Shown in pieces: positions 41,557-54,679 of a stretch of DNA of 64,000 bases. The DNA lies in assembly GCF_009914755.1 (NCBI RefSeq), contig NC_060931.1; one strand, written 5' to 3'. The number at the start of each line of letters is the position of its first letter. Position 1 is the first letter of the stretch. Made by a program: the position numbers and the translations under genes. The notes under the pieces were generated by a model, which saw only the letters and a list, made by a program, of their open reading frames with translations, had not been told where the DNA came from and ran no database searches. The DNA is from the human T2T-CHM13v2.0 reference genome, Homo sapiens.

Positions 41557-44539
41557 GGGTGACTATAATTTAACATTAATTGATTGTGCATTTCATTTCA
41601 AAGTAGCTTCAAGAGAATAATTTAAATGTTCCTAAAGAAAAGAAAAATATTTAAGGTGATCAATATCCCAATTACCCTTGATTATATTAATGTATCAAAT
41701 TATCACATGTACCCTGAAAATATGTATCAATAAAAATAAATAAATGACTGATCCTGGAAGCCATTACTGAAGAGAGTGGAAAGAGAATGAGTTGTGCTTT
41801 ACACTAAGACTTGAAATGTTTCCTGCATCCATTGTTTCAATATACCATATGTTGTTATCCTTTCAAAGTTTTAGACACGATATTGCAGACAGGCTACAGT
41901 CTTTGAAATCAGGTAGTTCTGGGCTCCATTCTTTCTCTGCTATTTCTTACATGGTTAGCCATGGGAAAGCTTTTAACCTCTCTGGATTGTAATTTCCTCA
42001 TAGGTGAAAATACCTCTTCCCTTCAGGGGACTCTGGAGGTTTCAATCTGAAGAAGACCTACCACAGTGGCATCTGTGGATTTTCCCTTGTCCGTACCCAT
42101 TAACGAATGATTTACCATAATAATGATTTGCCACAACAAATTAAGTCATTGATTTTTACTATTTTATCTTCATATAAAATCTTATGATCTCTCAAAAAGT
42201 ACTTCCAGATCATATATCATTACTGGAATTATCTATACTCCTAACAAAGATTGTTATGCAGTATTGAGGCAAAAAAAAATCACAAGCGCTCAAAGTCACT
42301 ACCAATGACTTATTTCCTACCTTTCCATCTATTGCTAGCTACACAAGTTGCCAATTACTGCCACATCAACTTAAGAGAAAGTGCAAGTATGAAATGAAGC
42401 CTATTTGTTATGGTATCAGTATTTAGACGCTACCTAAAATACTCACTATATGTTGGGATATCATGTGCTTTTAAAAAATAGAATCCAACATTGCATATGA
42501 AAGCAAAAATGTTTGTGTCTAGATTTCTATAAATATGTCCATGAAAGTCCTTTTGCATAGAGTAAGCATCCTGCCAGGGACATAACTATTTAAGTTCCAA
42601 TGTACCCAACACTTTATATTCTATTCATGGAAAAACCTGATCCACTGTGTATGTCATTACAGAGGAAGACACTGAGGCTCAGAATGCTCAGAGAATAACT
42701 AATGCAAAGATAATAAGTGATAGCACTGGGATTCAAACCCACTCTGAAGCCACAGCCTGTGTCTTTTCCTGGGATCTAATTATGTCACCAAAGTGTGGGG
42801 GTTGGGAGGGAAAGGAAGAAATAAGTAAATAAAATATTAACTTGCCATTGAGTTCCTTTGCTAGAATTCACACGAAATTAAATGAATCTACAGTTTCTTT
42901 TCCTTCTTCCCAAATAAATATTTTTGAAGTTGGCATCCACAGAGCTTTATTTTATCTGTAGCCATAGCTAACACAGTTTTACACCAAGGATCAGGATAGT
43001 AGTTTGTCAGCAAGCAGAGGCAGTGAAGTCAATATTTCTCAAATAAGTTCACTATGTGTCCCTCATATCTGATCTGACTCACCCTTCCTGGCAGATGCAT
43101 GCCTCTCTTAATGGCCTTTATCTTCTGGCTGCCATAAGCAGATGAGAACAAAGTAAGCTGGGTGAATTCACAAGGTTTTTGGATTGACCTTGATCAAGTG
43201 AGCATGGCTGATTTTGCTTATGACACATGGATGCTGTTTTGTTTTGTATTTTAGTTGTTTGTTTGTTTGTTTGTTTTTTGTAGCAACATGGTCTTGCTTT
43301 GTTGCCCAGGCTGATCTTGAGCTATTTTTAATTTAAGTAAACATTAGTTACCTTTCGCCTATAACCACAATGCTTCTCCCCACTTCCCCTAAACCCAATA
43401 TGTCAATAATAAGCTTCTGTGTGCCCAAATAAAAGTGAAAAGTCTGACATTATTAATGGCATTTATTTACCTCTCTCAGAGTGGTAAGATAATATCAGCA
43501 GGTACTATAAGGCTATCACAGTTTAGAGTAAATAGACCCTTTGCCCTCTCAATGCATTTGAGGAAAACTAAAGTTAATTCAGAGCATGGACTTGGCTCTA
43601 CGGAAACAGGATACATAGATGCAAACCTCCCTTCTGGCACACACTCTGTAACCTCGGGCAAATTACACCTGTGTTTCAGTTTCTTCATCTGTGGAATGCA
43701 AATAGCAGCATCTAACTCATAGGCTCATAGGCTTGTAGTGAGAGTTGAAGTTTATATCAGAATATGCATGGTACATAATTAAGTGCTATGATGTTAGCCA
43801 TTGATTTCAATTTAAACACAAAGAATAAATGACATGCTTTGCCTGTAAAATAGGTGCCTAAAACGGCGATACATTGGGCATACTGGTATATAATTTGGAT
43901 CGGTTTCTATTTCTCAATCAATAAAGTCAAGTTTCTAGCAGAGGAGGGTATTGAGTCAGAGCTAAAGCACTCCAGCTTGTACAAAGGGAAAGGGATACTT
44001 TGTTCCTTTTTGAGACGGAATCATCTGGGCAAAGAAAAAGAGAGAACTTCATTCAGAGGGCTACCAGCTGTTCTTCCCAGTTTCTCAATTTTGAAGAGCA
44101 CAGGCCATAAGAACCCTGGCTAGTGAAGGGTGGTTAAAGAGAATTAGGCCCTTCTGATGACCAATCCAAAAGCTGGGAATCACTGAAGGTCTTTGGTGAG
44201 CAATTTGGCACAACTGGTGAATCATTCTGGCTGCTGTAAATGAAACAGATACCAAGATGTTGAAGACAGTGGCAGAGGCTGCAGAAAACATCACAGCAGC
44301 CAAAGCCCAAAATAAGTCAGTCCCAGCATTTTGACAGTATATATAGAAAAAGGGAATAGCTGTTATCAGTTCTTTTATTAGGGGGAAAATATCAGTCTTA
44401 GAAACAACCTGATGAGAAAGACTTAAAAAGATACAAAAAAGTAAGGTAGGAGGCTTAAGACCAAGGGAAAAATAATGCAACCACTAAGAAAGGTAAAAGA
44501 TGGGGAAATGAACGATTGTCAGTTAAAAAAAAAAAAAAT

Positions 44540-45750
44540 TCATCAATGCTCCTTGGGAAAATGGCTGATTTCAGGGTTTCAGGTCGGGAGCAGCAGACTA
44601 TGGACAAGATGCACTTAGAATATCTTGCGCCAGAAAAGTAAGAAAGGTATTTGAGTTTACTGGCCATTTAAAAAGTATACAGGAGACAAAGATAAACCAA
44701 GCACCAAAAAGGATATTGACTGAAGTGACAGAAACAAATACATTAAGATTCATAAGTTCTTAATGACACTTAAAAAAGAAAAACTCACTGGTTCTCACTG
44801 GAGATTGTTAAAGCACCAAATCATTACTCTGATAGTTGGTAAAAGGAAAAAATTAAGACTTTTCCCTGTCTATCCTGCACATTGTGAATTTCAGGAGACC
44901 TAAATAATTTATGAGGGAAAGTTCTTTACAGACCGAATTCCAATTAATAAATGCAAGAAGAATGATGGATTTAGATCATCACCATTTTGTCAACCCCTAA
45001 TGAAAAGGATCTAGGCTACAACGATCTGTGATACTAAAATCATTAAGTAGAAGACAGACAGCTAAGTGACACTACCTAAACTCACGAATCAATCTTTCCA
45101 TCTCAAAAAGAGAGATATCCAGACATTATGCGTCTCACGATGTGATGCAATAGATTTTACACAGCACCATCCATGAAGGTTACTTGTCTTTGAACCTATA
45201 TCTAATCAAACCTCTATATCTAACTGCCAGATCACAGGAAACAGAATAGAGGAACAAGCTAAACATCACCACAAGGAATCAGTCCAGACAGTAGGATGTT
45301 CTACAGCACAAATGAACCACTCTCTTCTGCAAATCACTGGCATGAAAAAAGGGAGGGGAAGCTGTTATAAAATAAATTAGAAATCCTAACAACTAAATAC
45401 AATATGTGGACCTCATTTAGCTCCTGTTTCCAACAATCATAAGTAAAAAGACAACTTTGAGAAAATTTGAATATGGAAATTATATTTTTAAATTATTAAT
45501 ATTTTAGGTGTGAAAAAGGCAAAGTTTTGCTGTTGTTTTTAATGTCCTTATCAGGACCGTAAACTGAAAAATTTGTGAGTAAGACAACATGATGTATGGA
45601 ATTTTGTTTTAAAATGCACTAGCCCCTACAAAAGTGTATGGAGGGGGAAAATAAATGAAACAAGACTGGCAAAATGCTAATAACTGTTGAAGCACAGGTG
45701 TTCATTATACCATTCTCTCATAATCTCTGTTATACAATTAAAAAAATTAA
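44540..45750 (+). mobile_element. Old L1M 3' region
   Basis: Same type of L1M 3' UTR as 15770-16725; ends with ggcaaaatgctaataactgttgaagc...ttcattataccattctc. Confidence 0.6.
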
Positions 45751-45996
45751 AGGGTTTTGTCAGGAACTCAGGTTGTGCATTACTTTGCTACTGATTTTTA
45801 AGAGGTAGTTAGGGCCCTCCCACAATGTACAACTTAGTCTTTCCCTCATTTGTCTTAAAGAAGTGCAAAGAGTCTTAACCAGTATGCATGCTGAATTCAA
45901 CACAACTAGAAGTGACTGAACTGAGGAACCAAGGAACTCAGGCATATTAACCAAATGGCAGTTTGATTTTTTCCTAGTAACAGATAGCCTACAAAG

Positions 45997-46222
45997 TAGT
46001 GAGACCCCCAGTCTCTAAAAGAAATAGGAAAAAAAAAATTAGCCAAGCATGGTGGTGTGTGCCTGTATCCCAGTTCCTCAGGAGGCTGAGGTGGGAGGAC
46101 CGCTTGAGCCAGAAGGTCGAGGCTATAGTGAGCTATGATCACACCACTGCACTCCAGCCTAGGTGGCAGAGCAAAACCCTGTCTCAGAAAAAAAACAAAA
46201 CAAAACAACAACAACAAAAAAA
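45997..46222 (+). mobile_element. 5'-truncated AluJ
   Basis: Linker, right arm and an A/C-rich tail. Confidence 0.85.
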
Positions 46223-46651
46223 GCCTATAATGCACCTGGGTTGAGCAACACAACCCACAAAGAACTTTGTTAATGTCAGTTGATGTCAGATTGTCCAGGT
46301 TTGTGGGAGCCCAGGGCAGCATGGATAAGGACCACACATATTCCTAAATCAGATCTTGGTCAATATAGGAGATGAAAACTCAACTAACTCATGTAATGCA
46401 CAAAGCTGTGTCTTTACTAGTGGTAATGGATTTCTGTTAACTTATCCCTGAAGTCACGCAGCTCCAGTCTGGAGGTATGGCCCATGAGACACAAAGCTGA
46501 AGGTCTACAAAAAGATCCAAGCCATGATTTGTTTGCATTAGCATCACTGCCCAATCCAAGGTGGTTAACCAGACAATCCCAGATGCTAACAAGTCACCAA
46601 CCAACCAGTCTGATACATATTCTACTTGTATCTCTCTTTCTTTCAAACCCC

Positions 46652-47040
46652 CTGTGTTTTGGACTGTTAAGTGTATGCCCCCTACAAAATTCTTATGTTG
46701 AAGCCCTAACCCCAAACATGACATTATTTGGAGATGAGGCCTTTGATAATTATTTAGGGTTAGACTAGGTCATGATGGTGGGGCCCTCATGATGGGATTA
46801 GTGGCCTTATGAGAAGAGGGAGCCCTCTCTTCCTCTGCATTTACCAAGGGAAGGCCATGAGAGGATATACGAGAAAGTGGTCATCTGCAGGCCAGGAAGA
46901 GAGCCCTCACCAGAAACCTAATCAGCCTACACATTGATCTCAGGCTTCCCAGCATCCTGAGCTGTGAGAAAATAAATTCCTGTTGTTTAAACCACCCAGT
47001 CTACGGTATTTTGTTATGACAGCCTGAGCTGCCTAAGACA
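46652..47040 (+). mobile_element. MLT1A-like MaLR solo LTR
   Basis: aaattcttatgttgaagccctaacccc...gtgagaaaataaattcctgttgtttaaaccacccagtc...ctaagaca. Confidence 0.85.
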
Positions 47041-48449
47041 AGTTCATATTTCACTTGTTTTTCTCCTTCTTTCAACCCCCTTCCTACTCCTTTGATGGGG
47101 AAGATTCCAAAATCACAAAGGTAGTTCCAAGGCAGAAGAAAGGGGAAATAAACAGTCAAATAAATAGTCAAAAAGTATGGGTTTCCAACACTGGAAAAAC
47201 TGACAATCAAACTTCCTTCAATAAAAACTGGCTATGCAGTTACGAAATGTGTTTGGAAAGTCCCAAAAAGAAATAATACAGTATTAGAATCAAAGAGGGT
47301 TAATAAAGCATACATTATCTGAGGTAACCACATTCAGAGTAATTAAAAAATAAAACTAAATAGGTATATTGACAAGGTATACGACACCCTCCCAGGCAGC
47401 AAGAAACATGAGTATGAACGCAAATAAATACTATAGATCTATTTATACAGAAACCCTCAGCAATTCTTGTCGCAGACTGCCTGGCAGCCCTCATGTCTTC
47501 AGTATTCTGTGCCATGAAAAAGTAACCGTCAAGGATAATAGAAACATAATTTGACCTACTTTTCCCTGGATTCCTGCAAAGTCTATAACTCCAGTTCTTG
47601 TTTATTCCGACACCACATCTTGGGGACACATTTCCTCACTTACTTTGCAGGCAATCCTAAATGCCACACATGTTAAGGTCACTTGTGGGCAATTCCTAAA
47701 CTCTCTGGGTCACCGACTTTAAGAATGTCCCATCACACACAGAGAATCCTCAGAACATCTTCTGAGATGGACCTGGGATGGACCATTTTCCACCTGAGAT
47801 GGAAAATGCCTAGGAAAAGAGAGATGCAGCCTCGAGAAGCTGAAGACCGACATCAGTTCAGACCCTTCCCTACCCAAAGGAGGGCGCATGAAAACAAGTG
47901 GTTATCCCTCACTCTCAAGTTTACACAAACCCATCTCTGAAAGAGCTAGAAGTCTCCCAGCAAGGTCTTGTTTTAAGTCAGACAAGACTGCATTTTAAAA
48001 ATTACAGCCAAACGGGAAAGAAAAACCACATTGATGCAGCTTCTCATTAAAGACCACTTAATAATAAATTTTTAAAAGATGAGTAGAACCCACCAAAGGT
48101 GCCGCCAAACCCTGGTGAGCAGGGAAATCTGAGTAAGTCAGCTCTGTGTCCTGAGGCCCTGGCGGGGCCTCCTAGGTGGCTTCTTAAAGATCCCAGGAGA
48201 CAATCAGCAGACCTTCCTGCTTCTCTTAAAAATACAAAACATGCCTGACCTGCTCAGGTCATTAGATGCACTTAGAACTCAATGAGGGACACTCCTTCAC
48301 CAGGAAATCGTATCTGAACACACCATCAGGAAGTCAATATTGAAGGTTCTTGGGGGCGTGCACCCTCCTGCTCAAGAGGGTGTCCAGGAGTATTAAGTGC
48401 TGGAGACACCGGAACCCAGGAACTGGAAGCTCACCCAAGAGCTTCCGAC

Positions 48450-49810
48450 TCCTGGGTCTGCCCCTCGGCGGTGGAGACCACCAAAACCAGTCTCGATGCC
48501 CAGAGCTTGCAACAGCACCTCCAAAACAAGCACACACGTCGCATGCGTCCTGCAAACAGGGATGCCGCTCGTGGGGCCTGAAGCTTGCGGTTGGGACAGG
48601 GCTGGCTGGCTGTTGGACGCTGGACACCTGCAGCTTCCCCTCCGAGAAGAGGCAAACAGCTCGTCTTCAGCCGATGCCCGGTCCCGCAGCCTGAATCTGG
48701 GGGCCCTGGGGTTAAGTCAGGTGCAGCCTGGTGGGGGGGAGGTGTGGGGGCGGGGGAAGCCGTCGCTCAGGGGGTGGCACCTCAAAACCCGCCGTCCCGG
48801 GCCCCTCTTCAGCCGAGTCCGGCAGAAGGGCGTCCCTTCCGCCACCTCCCCAACTTCCAGACGCCCCCCTCAGCGGCCCGGGGGGTGGGCGCGGGCTCCA
48901 CGTGCGCGCCGCCCGTGCCCACTCGGACAGGGCCGGGCCACTCACCCGGCCCCCAGCGGCGCTCCGCTTCCTCCGCAGCGTGAGCCCGCTCCGCAGCAGC
49001 GCGGGCAGGTCCCTCAGCCGCGGCCGCAGCGACGCCGGCGGCTGCTCGCGCTCGGGCTCCCGGGCGCTGGGGCTGCGGCGCAGGGGGCCGTCTGCCGCCA
49101 CCACCGCCGCCGCGGCGGCCAGGGCCGGGCTCTCGCACGGCGGCTGCATCTTGACGGAGCCCACGGCCATCCTCATGCCCTGACGGCGCTGCGGCGCCGG
49201 GGGCTCCTCTCCACCGCGCTCGCCTCCGCGCGCCGTCCGCGCCTTCGCCAGGAAGCGAGAGGGCGCGACTGCGGCTCGGGCGCGGGGCGCGCTGCCAGCC
49301 GCTGCCCATTGGCGCGCGCCGCGGCCCCCGCGAGGCTCAGCCCCGCGCGCCTCCCCTCCCCTCCTCTCTCCTCCCCTCCCCGCCCAGGTGCGCGGGCCCC
49401 GCCCCGCCCCGCCCTTTCGCCTGCGAAAGCTGCCTGGGACCTGTCCCCCTCGGATCTCCCACTCGGGACCCGGGAGGAAGAGGGCACCTTGGGCACCGGC
49501 TCATCCACAGGTGCAGAATTCCCAGAATCTCCGGCAAACCCGCTCTTCTGTCCTGTCCCTGTCCCCCTACCCCTTAGGCTGAAAAGTCCTGCTTCACTTC
49601 TTCGAATAGCCAGGGGTTGACTTGGACTTCAACCAAGTGTGCTGGAGAGTCGTCCGCCCTCCCGCGCGTTTTGCACAGCCTGGTCCCTCATCGTAATCTT
49701 TACTCCTGGGAACTGTTTTGGCCAAGGAACTTCAAAATAGACACGCTACAAGGCAAACACCATGAGGCAAAATTGCTTTGCGCCGACCCTTCTTGGCACA
49801 CGCATCCTTA
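48450..49810. promoter_or_regulatory. CpG island / TATA-less promoter of RAPGEF5
   Basis: Very high GC and CpG density around exon 1; tandem GC boxes (CCCCGCCCCGCCCCGCCC, 49397-49414); CCAAT on the minus strand (49308-49312). Island edges are approximate. Confidence 0.9.
48946..49176 (-). CDS. RAPGEF5: RAPGEF5 coding exon 1 (MRMAVGSVKMQPP...RRKRSAAGGR; 77 codons, ends in phase 0)
   Basis: ORF 48712..49176 matches the RAPGEF5 long-isoform N-terminus as I recall it. Donor CGG|GTGAGT at 48946/48945. Lies in the CpG island and joins exon 2 in frame. Confidence 0.93.
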
Positions 49811-50608
49811 AAGGACGAAGGGAGAAAACTTTTGTTGGTTATGATAGGTGTTGAGCAGAGTAGCTGCAAGTCTGGTGACCTGAAGGTGAATCTCTGTTAG
49901 CATGTCAGAACCTGACCTTCCCTGAAAGCCCGCTGCTGTGATGAATGTGCTTGGTGAACTGTAAAGGCCTGCCGTGGTGTGAATCATTGTTTACACCCTT
50001 CCAGGAGGCAGGAATTCTGGATCATTGAGAGTGAAACTATTCCAGCAGTGCCTTAAACGCCAGGGAGTGTGAATGTTCACATCTCAGCTCAATCTGTCTT
50101 CAACAAGGGCCAGCCAGGGTGTTGACTTCTCATCAGTGGGGCGCTGGGATCCCCATCTTTGTCTAAGACTTACAAAAGTTGAATAAGCTTATTCACATTT
50201 TTAAAAAATGACAAGAATCGTAGGAGGTCAGGGTCCAGAGTTGGTTTACCATTGTGCCCTCAGCCACTCACATGGTAGGTGCTTGGCAAATATGTATAAA
50301 AACATGCCATGTAACAAAAAAGGAGGAACGAACTGTGACCTCTGCCCTTAAGGAAGGTAAGACTTAACCTAGGAGTAGACAAACATCCAGAAAAACAAAG
50401 ATATTGCACTTGTACTCTTGCTAATTGCCAAGTAAGTGTAGGTAAGACCACTTCAGGCCACAGGAGAGAGAAATGCTTCTGGCCTGGGATGGGCAAAGCT
50501 AAATCCACGAAAGGAAGGAAGTTTAAACTGCACCTTAAGGGTGAGTGGGGAAGATTCAACCAGGCAGAAGGAGGGTAGGTGTCCTTCAAGTAAGGAAGAA
50601 AGACATGA

Positions 50609-50965
<357 letters not shown>

Positions 50966-51724
50966 CTAGTGAAGGGAAAGATGACATAATGAAGAAGTAA
51001 GAGAAGATACCAGAATGGATGCTAGTAACACACTGCAGAAGGCCTTAAACCCTGTCACCTTAAGCTGTGTGTGTTAACTGGAAAGGACTTTATAATAGGA
51101 CTCCATAGTCCATTACAGTTTCCAAATACCTATCACATGCATTTATCCAAGGCTGAAATTGCATTTGTATGTTACCATGTCAGACTCTATCCGTTTTTAC
51201 AGTGTTAAGATATTGCAGCTCCAGTTGGTAATTGGTCGTTGTCTTGAGCCCCAGAGTGCCACTCACCCCCATACCTCCAACTTCCCCATGACATACAACT
51301 AAAGGGTGAACACCTGGCCCACTAGAAGCCCTCCAGGACACTCAGATTAGTGGGTGCTTGCGCCCCATCACCCCAATGACAACATTGAATCATACCATGA
51401 ACTTACTCTACTCCAAAGTAGAACACGTGTTCCGTCTCCTGGTCCAGGTTCCTGGTCTTCAAACCCATTCACACAGTTGCTCAATGCAAGGCCAGCATTC
51501 CTTAGATTCTATGGGATAGACCAAGCGTCTAAAGTTCAAGAAGGGCCTTTGGAAAATTGGTTTAGGTTAAGGTGATAAATGACAAATGCCATTTAGCTTC
51601 AGGATAAAAATAGGCAAACAACAGGGAATAGTAGGATGTGTACACAGAAGAGCCACGTCACTGTTTAACTCAAATCAAGCAACCTTTATACTCGCTGTGC
51701 CCTGTCTGGAATGAGAGTCCTCTG

Positions 51725-51924
51725 CAATGCTGTCCAACAGAACTTTCTACAATGATGCACATTTTCTGTTATCTGTTTTGCAGCTACTAGCCACATGTGA
51801 CTGCTGAGCACTTGAAACATGGCTAGGGTGACTGAGGAACTGAATTTTTAACTTTGTTTAATTTTAATTCATATAAATTTAGATAGCAGCATATGGCTAG
51901 TGGCTACCATGTTGGATAGTGCAG
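51725..51924. mobile_element. MER3 hAT element within L2 sequence
   Basis: gctgtccaacagaactttct...agccacatgtg...tggctagtggctaccatgttggatagtgcag. Confidence 0.8.
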
Positions 51925-52324
51925 TTCTAGAAATCCACATTTCTCTCAGTCAGTGTCTTCAGTTTTTAAATTCAAATGTCACCATTTCAGTGAGGCCTTC
52001 CATGACCATGTGATTTTAAATTGCAGTCTTTCCTATCCATTCCTTTCTTCATCCCCTTCCGAATGCCCCACAGAGCTTACCACCATCCATATTCTATATA
52101 TTTTATTTATTTTGCCTATTGTCTGCCTCCCCACAACTAAAATGTATATGACATAAGGACAGGGCTTCTTTTCTCTTTTGTTCAGTATCTAGAACACATG
52201 AGTTGAATAATTCAATTATTTCATATATAAGAACTAAGTTTTTCAAACAGTTTAATCTGGATTTCTATACAAAATCTGATTTTGCAGTATGAAAGCTTAT
52301 AAAAATGTAAATCATATAAAAATG

Positions 52325-52570
52325 GATTAGAATGAATAAGATCTACTGTTGGTAGCACAATAGGGTGACTATAGTTAAAAATAATTTACCGTATATTTTT
52401 AAATAACTAAAGGAGTGGAATTGGAATGTTCCTAACACAAAGAAATGATAAATGCTTCAGGTGATGGATAGCCCAATTACCCTGATTTGCTCATTACATA
52501 TTCTATGCCTGTATCAAAACATCACATGTACCCCATAAATATGTACAGCTATGATTTACCCATAATAATA
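52325..52570 (+). mobile_element. L1MA 3' end
   Basis: gaatgaataagatctac...tgtatcaaaacatcacatgtaccccataaat. Confidence 0.8.
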
Positions 52571-52575
52571 ATAAA

Positions 52576-52863
52576 TTTTTTTTGAGATGGAGTCTCGCTC
52601 TGTCACCAGGCTAAAGTGCAGTGGCACGATCTTGGCTTACTGCAACCCTCTGCCTCCTGGGTTCAAGCGATTCTCGTGCCTCAGCCTCCCGAGTAGCTGG
52701 GATTACAGGCACGCACCACCACACCCAGCTAATTTTTGTATTTTTAGTAGAGATGGGGTTTCACCATATTGGCCAGGATGGTCTCGATCTCCTGACCTCA
52801 TGATCCGCCCGCTTTGGCCTCCCAAAGTGCTGGGATTACAGGCGTGAGCCACTGCGCCTGACC
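52576..52863 (-). mobile_element. Alu (AluSc-like)
   Basis: Reverse dimer with tgtcaccagg and ggatggtctcgatc. Confidence 0.92.
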
Positions 52864-53363
52864 AAAAAAATTTCTTTTAATGTAAATCATATTTGTGCCA
52901 ACCACACAAGTCAACGAGACCACTTGCCAGCCACTTGCAATTTTTCCTACAGGATGGGGTACCAGAGCTGAATTTTACTTAAGAGAATGAGATCATCAAA
53001 GTCAAAGTGTGTGTAAAGACCCATGGTAAGAAAACACAAATTTTAAGGCTATTGGCAGGATAGCGAAATTGAAGACCAGGAAGATAGCTCTGACAATGAG
53101 CTAGCTACAAAGTGATGAGGGCCTGAATTCATTGTGGCAATGGAAACAGAAATGAGGGGTTAGATGTTAGACAGTACAAAAGAAGGCTCCTTGGGCATAG
53201 GAGCAGTAGAAAAATACTTCAGATGGTGTTGTGGAGTGTATTGTCCAAAGATGGACAGTTCAGCATCTCCTATCTTCCAAGCTCTTCTGCAGTGTGATAT
53301 TGCCACTCCCCCGAAAAGAGATGGAGTTTCTTTCTCCATCTCTTTGAATTTGAGCAGACTTTG

Positions 53364-53977
53364 TGATACAGGAGTTAAGAAGAAATCACTTAGGCAAATA
53401 GTAAGGGTATGGGAGTCCTTGGAAAGACTTTCCTTTATAATGAAAAGCAGTACCAAATCATTTTCTAACAAAGAGCAGCCTGTAAAGTGGAGCTGCAGAT
53501 ATAGACAAGCAAGCTGGGAGCTTGCACAGGTCAATGTCAGCAGGAACTAGGGTCTAAACATATTCAAGATGGCGGCTCCAACTTCCCTTTTCTCCCAGCC
53601 ATGTGTACAGTGAGGACCAGAAAAGATGGTGCAGGCCAAAGGGAGAATTCATTTGCATAATAAGATTAGCATGGGGCGACCAGTCTTCCCCACTTGCTAT
53701 GTAAACGTCACACCTGATCGAACCAGTCTGTGAGCCCTAGGTAAATCAGACACTGCCTCCTCAAACCGAACTATAAAATCCGGCACATCCACCACCAGCC
53801 AGTCTTTTCTGCTGGGAAGACCCCCCTTCTCTCTATAGAGAGAGCTGTTTTTCTTTCTCTTCTCTCCTGCCTATTAAACCTCCACTCCTAAACCCCTCAT
53901 GTGTGTTCGTGTCCTAAATTTTCCTGGCACAGGAGGATGAACCCTGGGTATATACCCCAGACCATGTAGCCGTTTCA
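53364..53977 (+). mobile_element. Solo LTR9 (ERV1) nested in an MLT1 LTR (about 53208-54410)
   Basis: tgatacaggagttaagaagaaat...gccgtttca; TSD tttg/cttg; TATAAAA 53772-53778; ATTAAA 53873-53878. Confidence 0.82.
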
Positions 53978-54679
53978 CTTGTGAATGATCTGGCCAATAG
54001 AATAAACAGAGGTGACTTCACCTGTTCTGTAAATAGCCCTTGGTTGGCCTGGCAGCTTCCACTTCCTGCTGTCTTGGATTGCTTGGTCTTGGGATGTGCC
54101 TACTCAGAACCCAGCCTCCTTGCAGGGAGAAGCCCAAGCCACATGGAAGCCCTGTGGAGGTGATCTGGCAGCTGAGCTCCCAGTAAACAACCAACATGAA
54201 TTGCTGCCAATTTGGGAGCTACTTTGGACACAGTCCAGCTGAGCCTTCAGATGACTCCTGTACTAGTGATGTCTGACTGCAATCGTATGTAAGGAGCTCA
54301 AGAAAAAACTACCTAGCTAAGCCCCATCAACCCACCAAACTGTGAGAGATGATAAAGTGTTTGAAGCCACTAAGTCTAGAGGTATTTGTTACATAACAAT
54401 AGATGACCAGGACACATGGCTCAAAAAATGTGAAGAACATACTCCGTTGTGAATGAAAAGGATGGAAATTTATATCCATTTTTGTACATGCATGAAGAAA
54501 CTCTGGAAACTTTTTCAAGTCGTTGGAATTGGGCACGTGGGGAAAGGAAAGGTGGGAGATTTTGCATGTACCACTTTTTATATTTTTTTGTTTTTTAGAA
54601 CATGTGAATATATTACCTATCTTTAAAAATAAAAATTTTAAAAATGGCTCCAGATTTAGAGAAGTCAAAGAGGTAGGGG

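Noticed and set aside
49173-49508. 111-aa minus ORF whose TGA overlaps the RAPGEF5 ATG (ATGA), resembling translational coupling
   Set aside because: Its start lies upstream of the GC boxes and CCAAT box, so it is probably outside the transcript; likely a chance GC-rich ORF.
48397-49620. 407-aa plus-strand ORF, and other overlapping ORFs, antisense to exon 1
   Set aside because: Low-complexity Pro/Arg/Ala/Gly sequence expected from stop-codon depletion in a CpG island; no recognisable domain.
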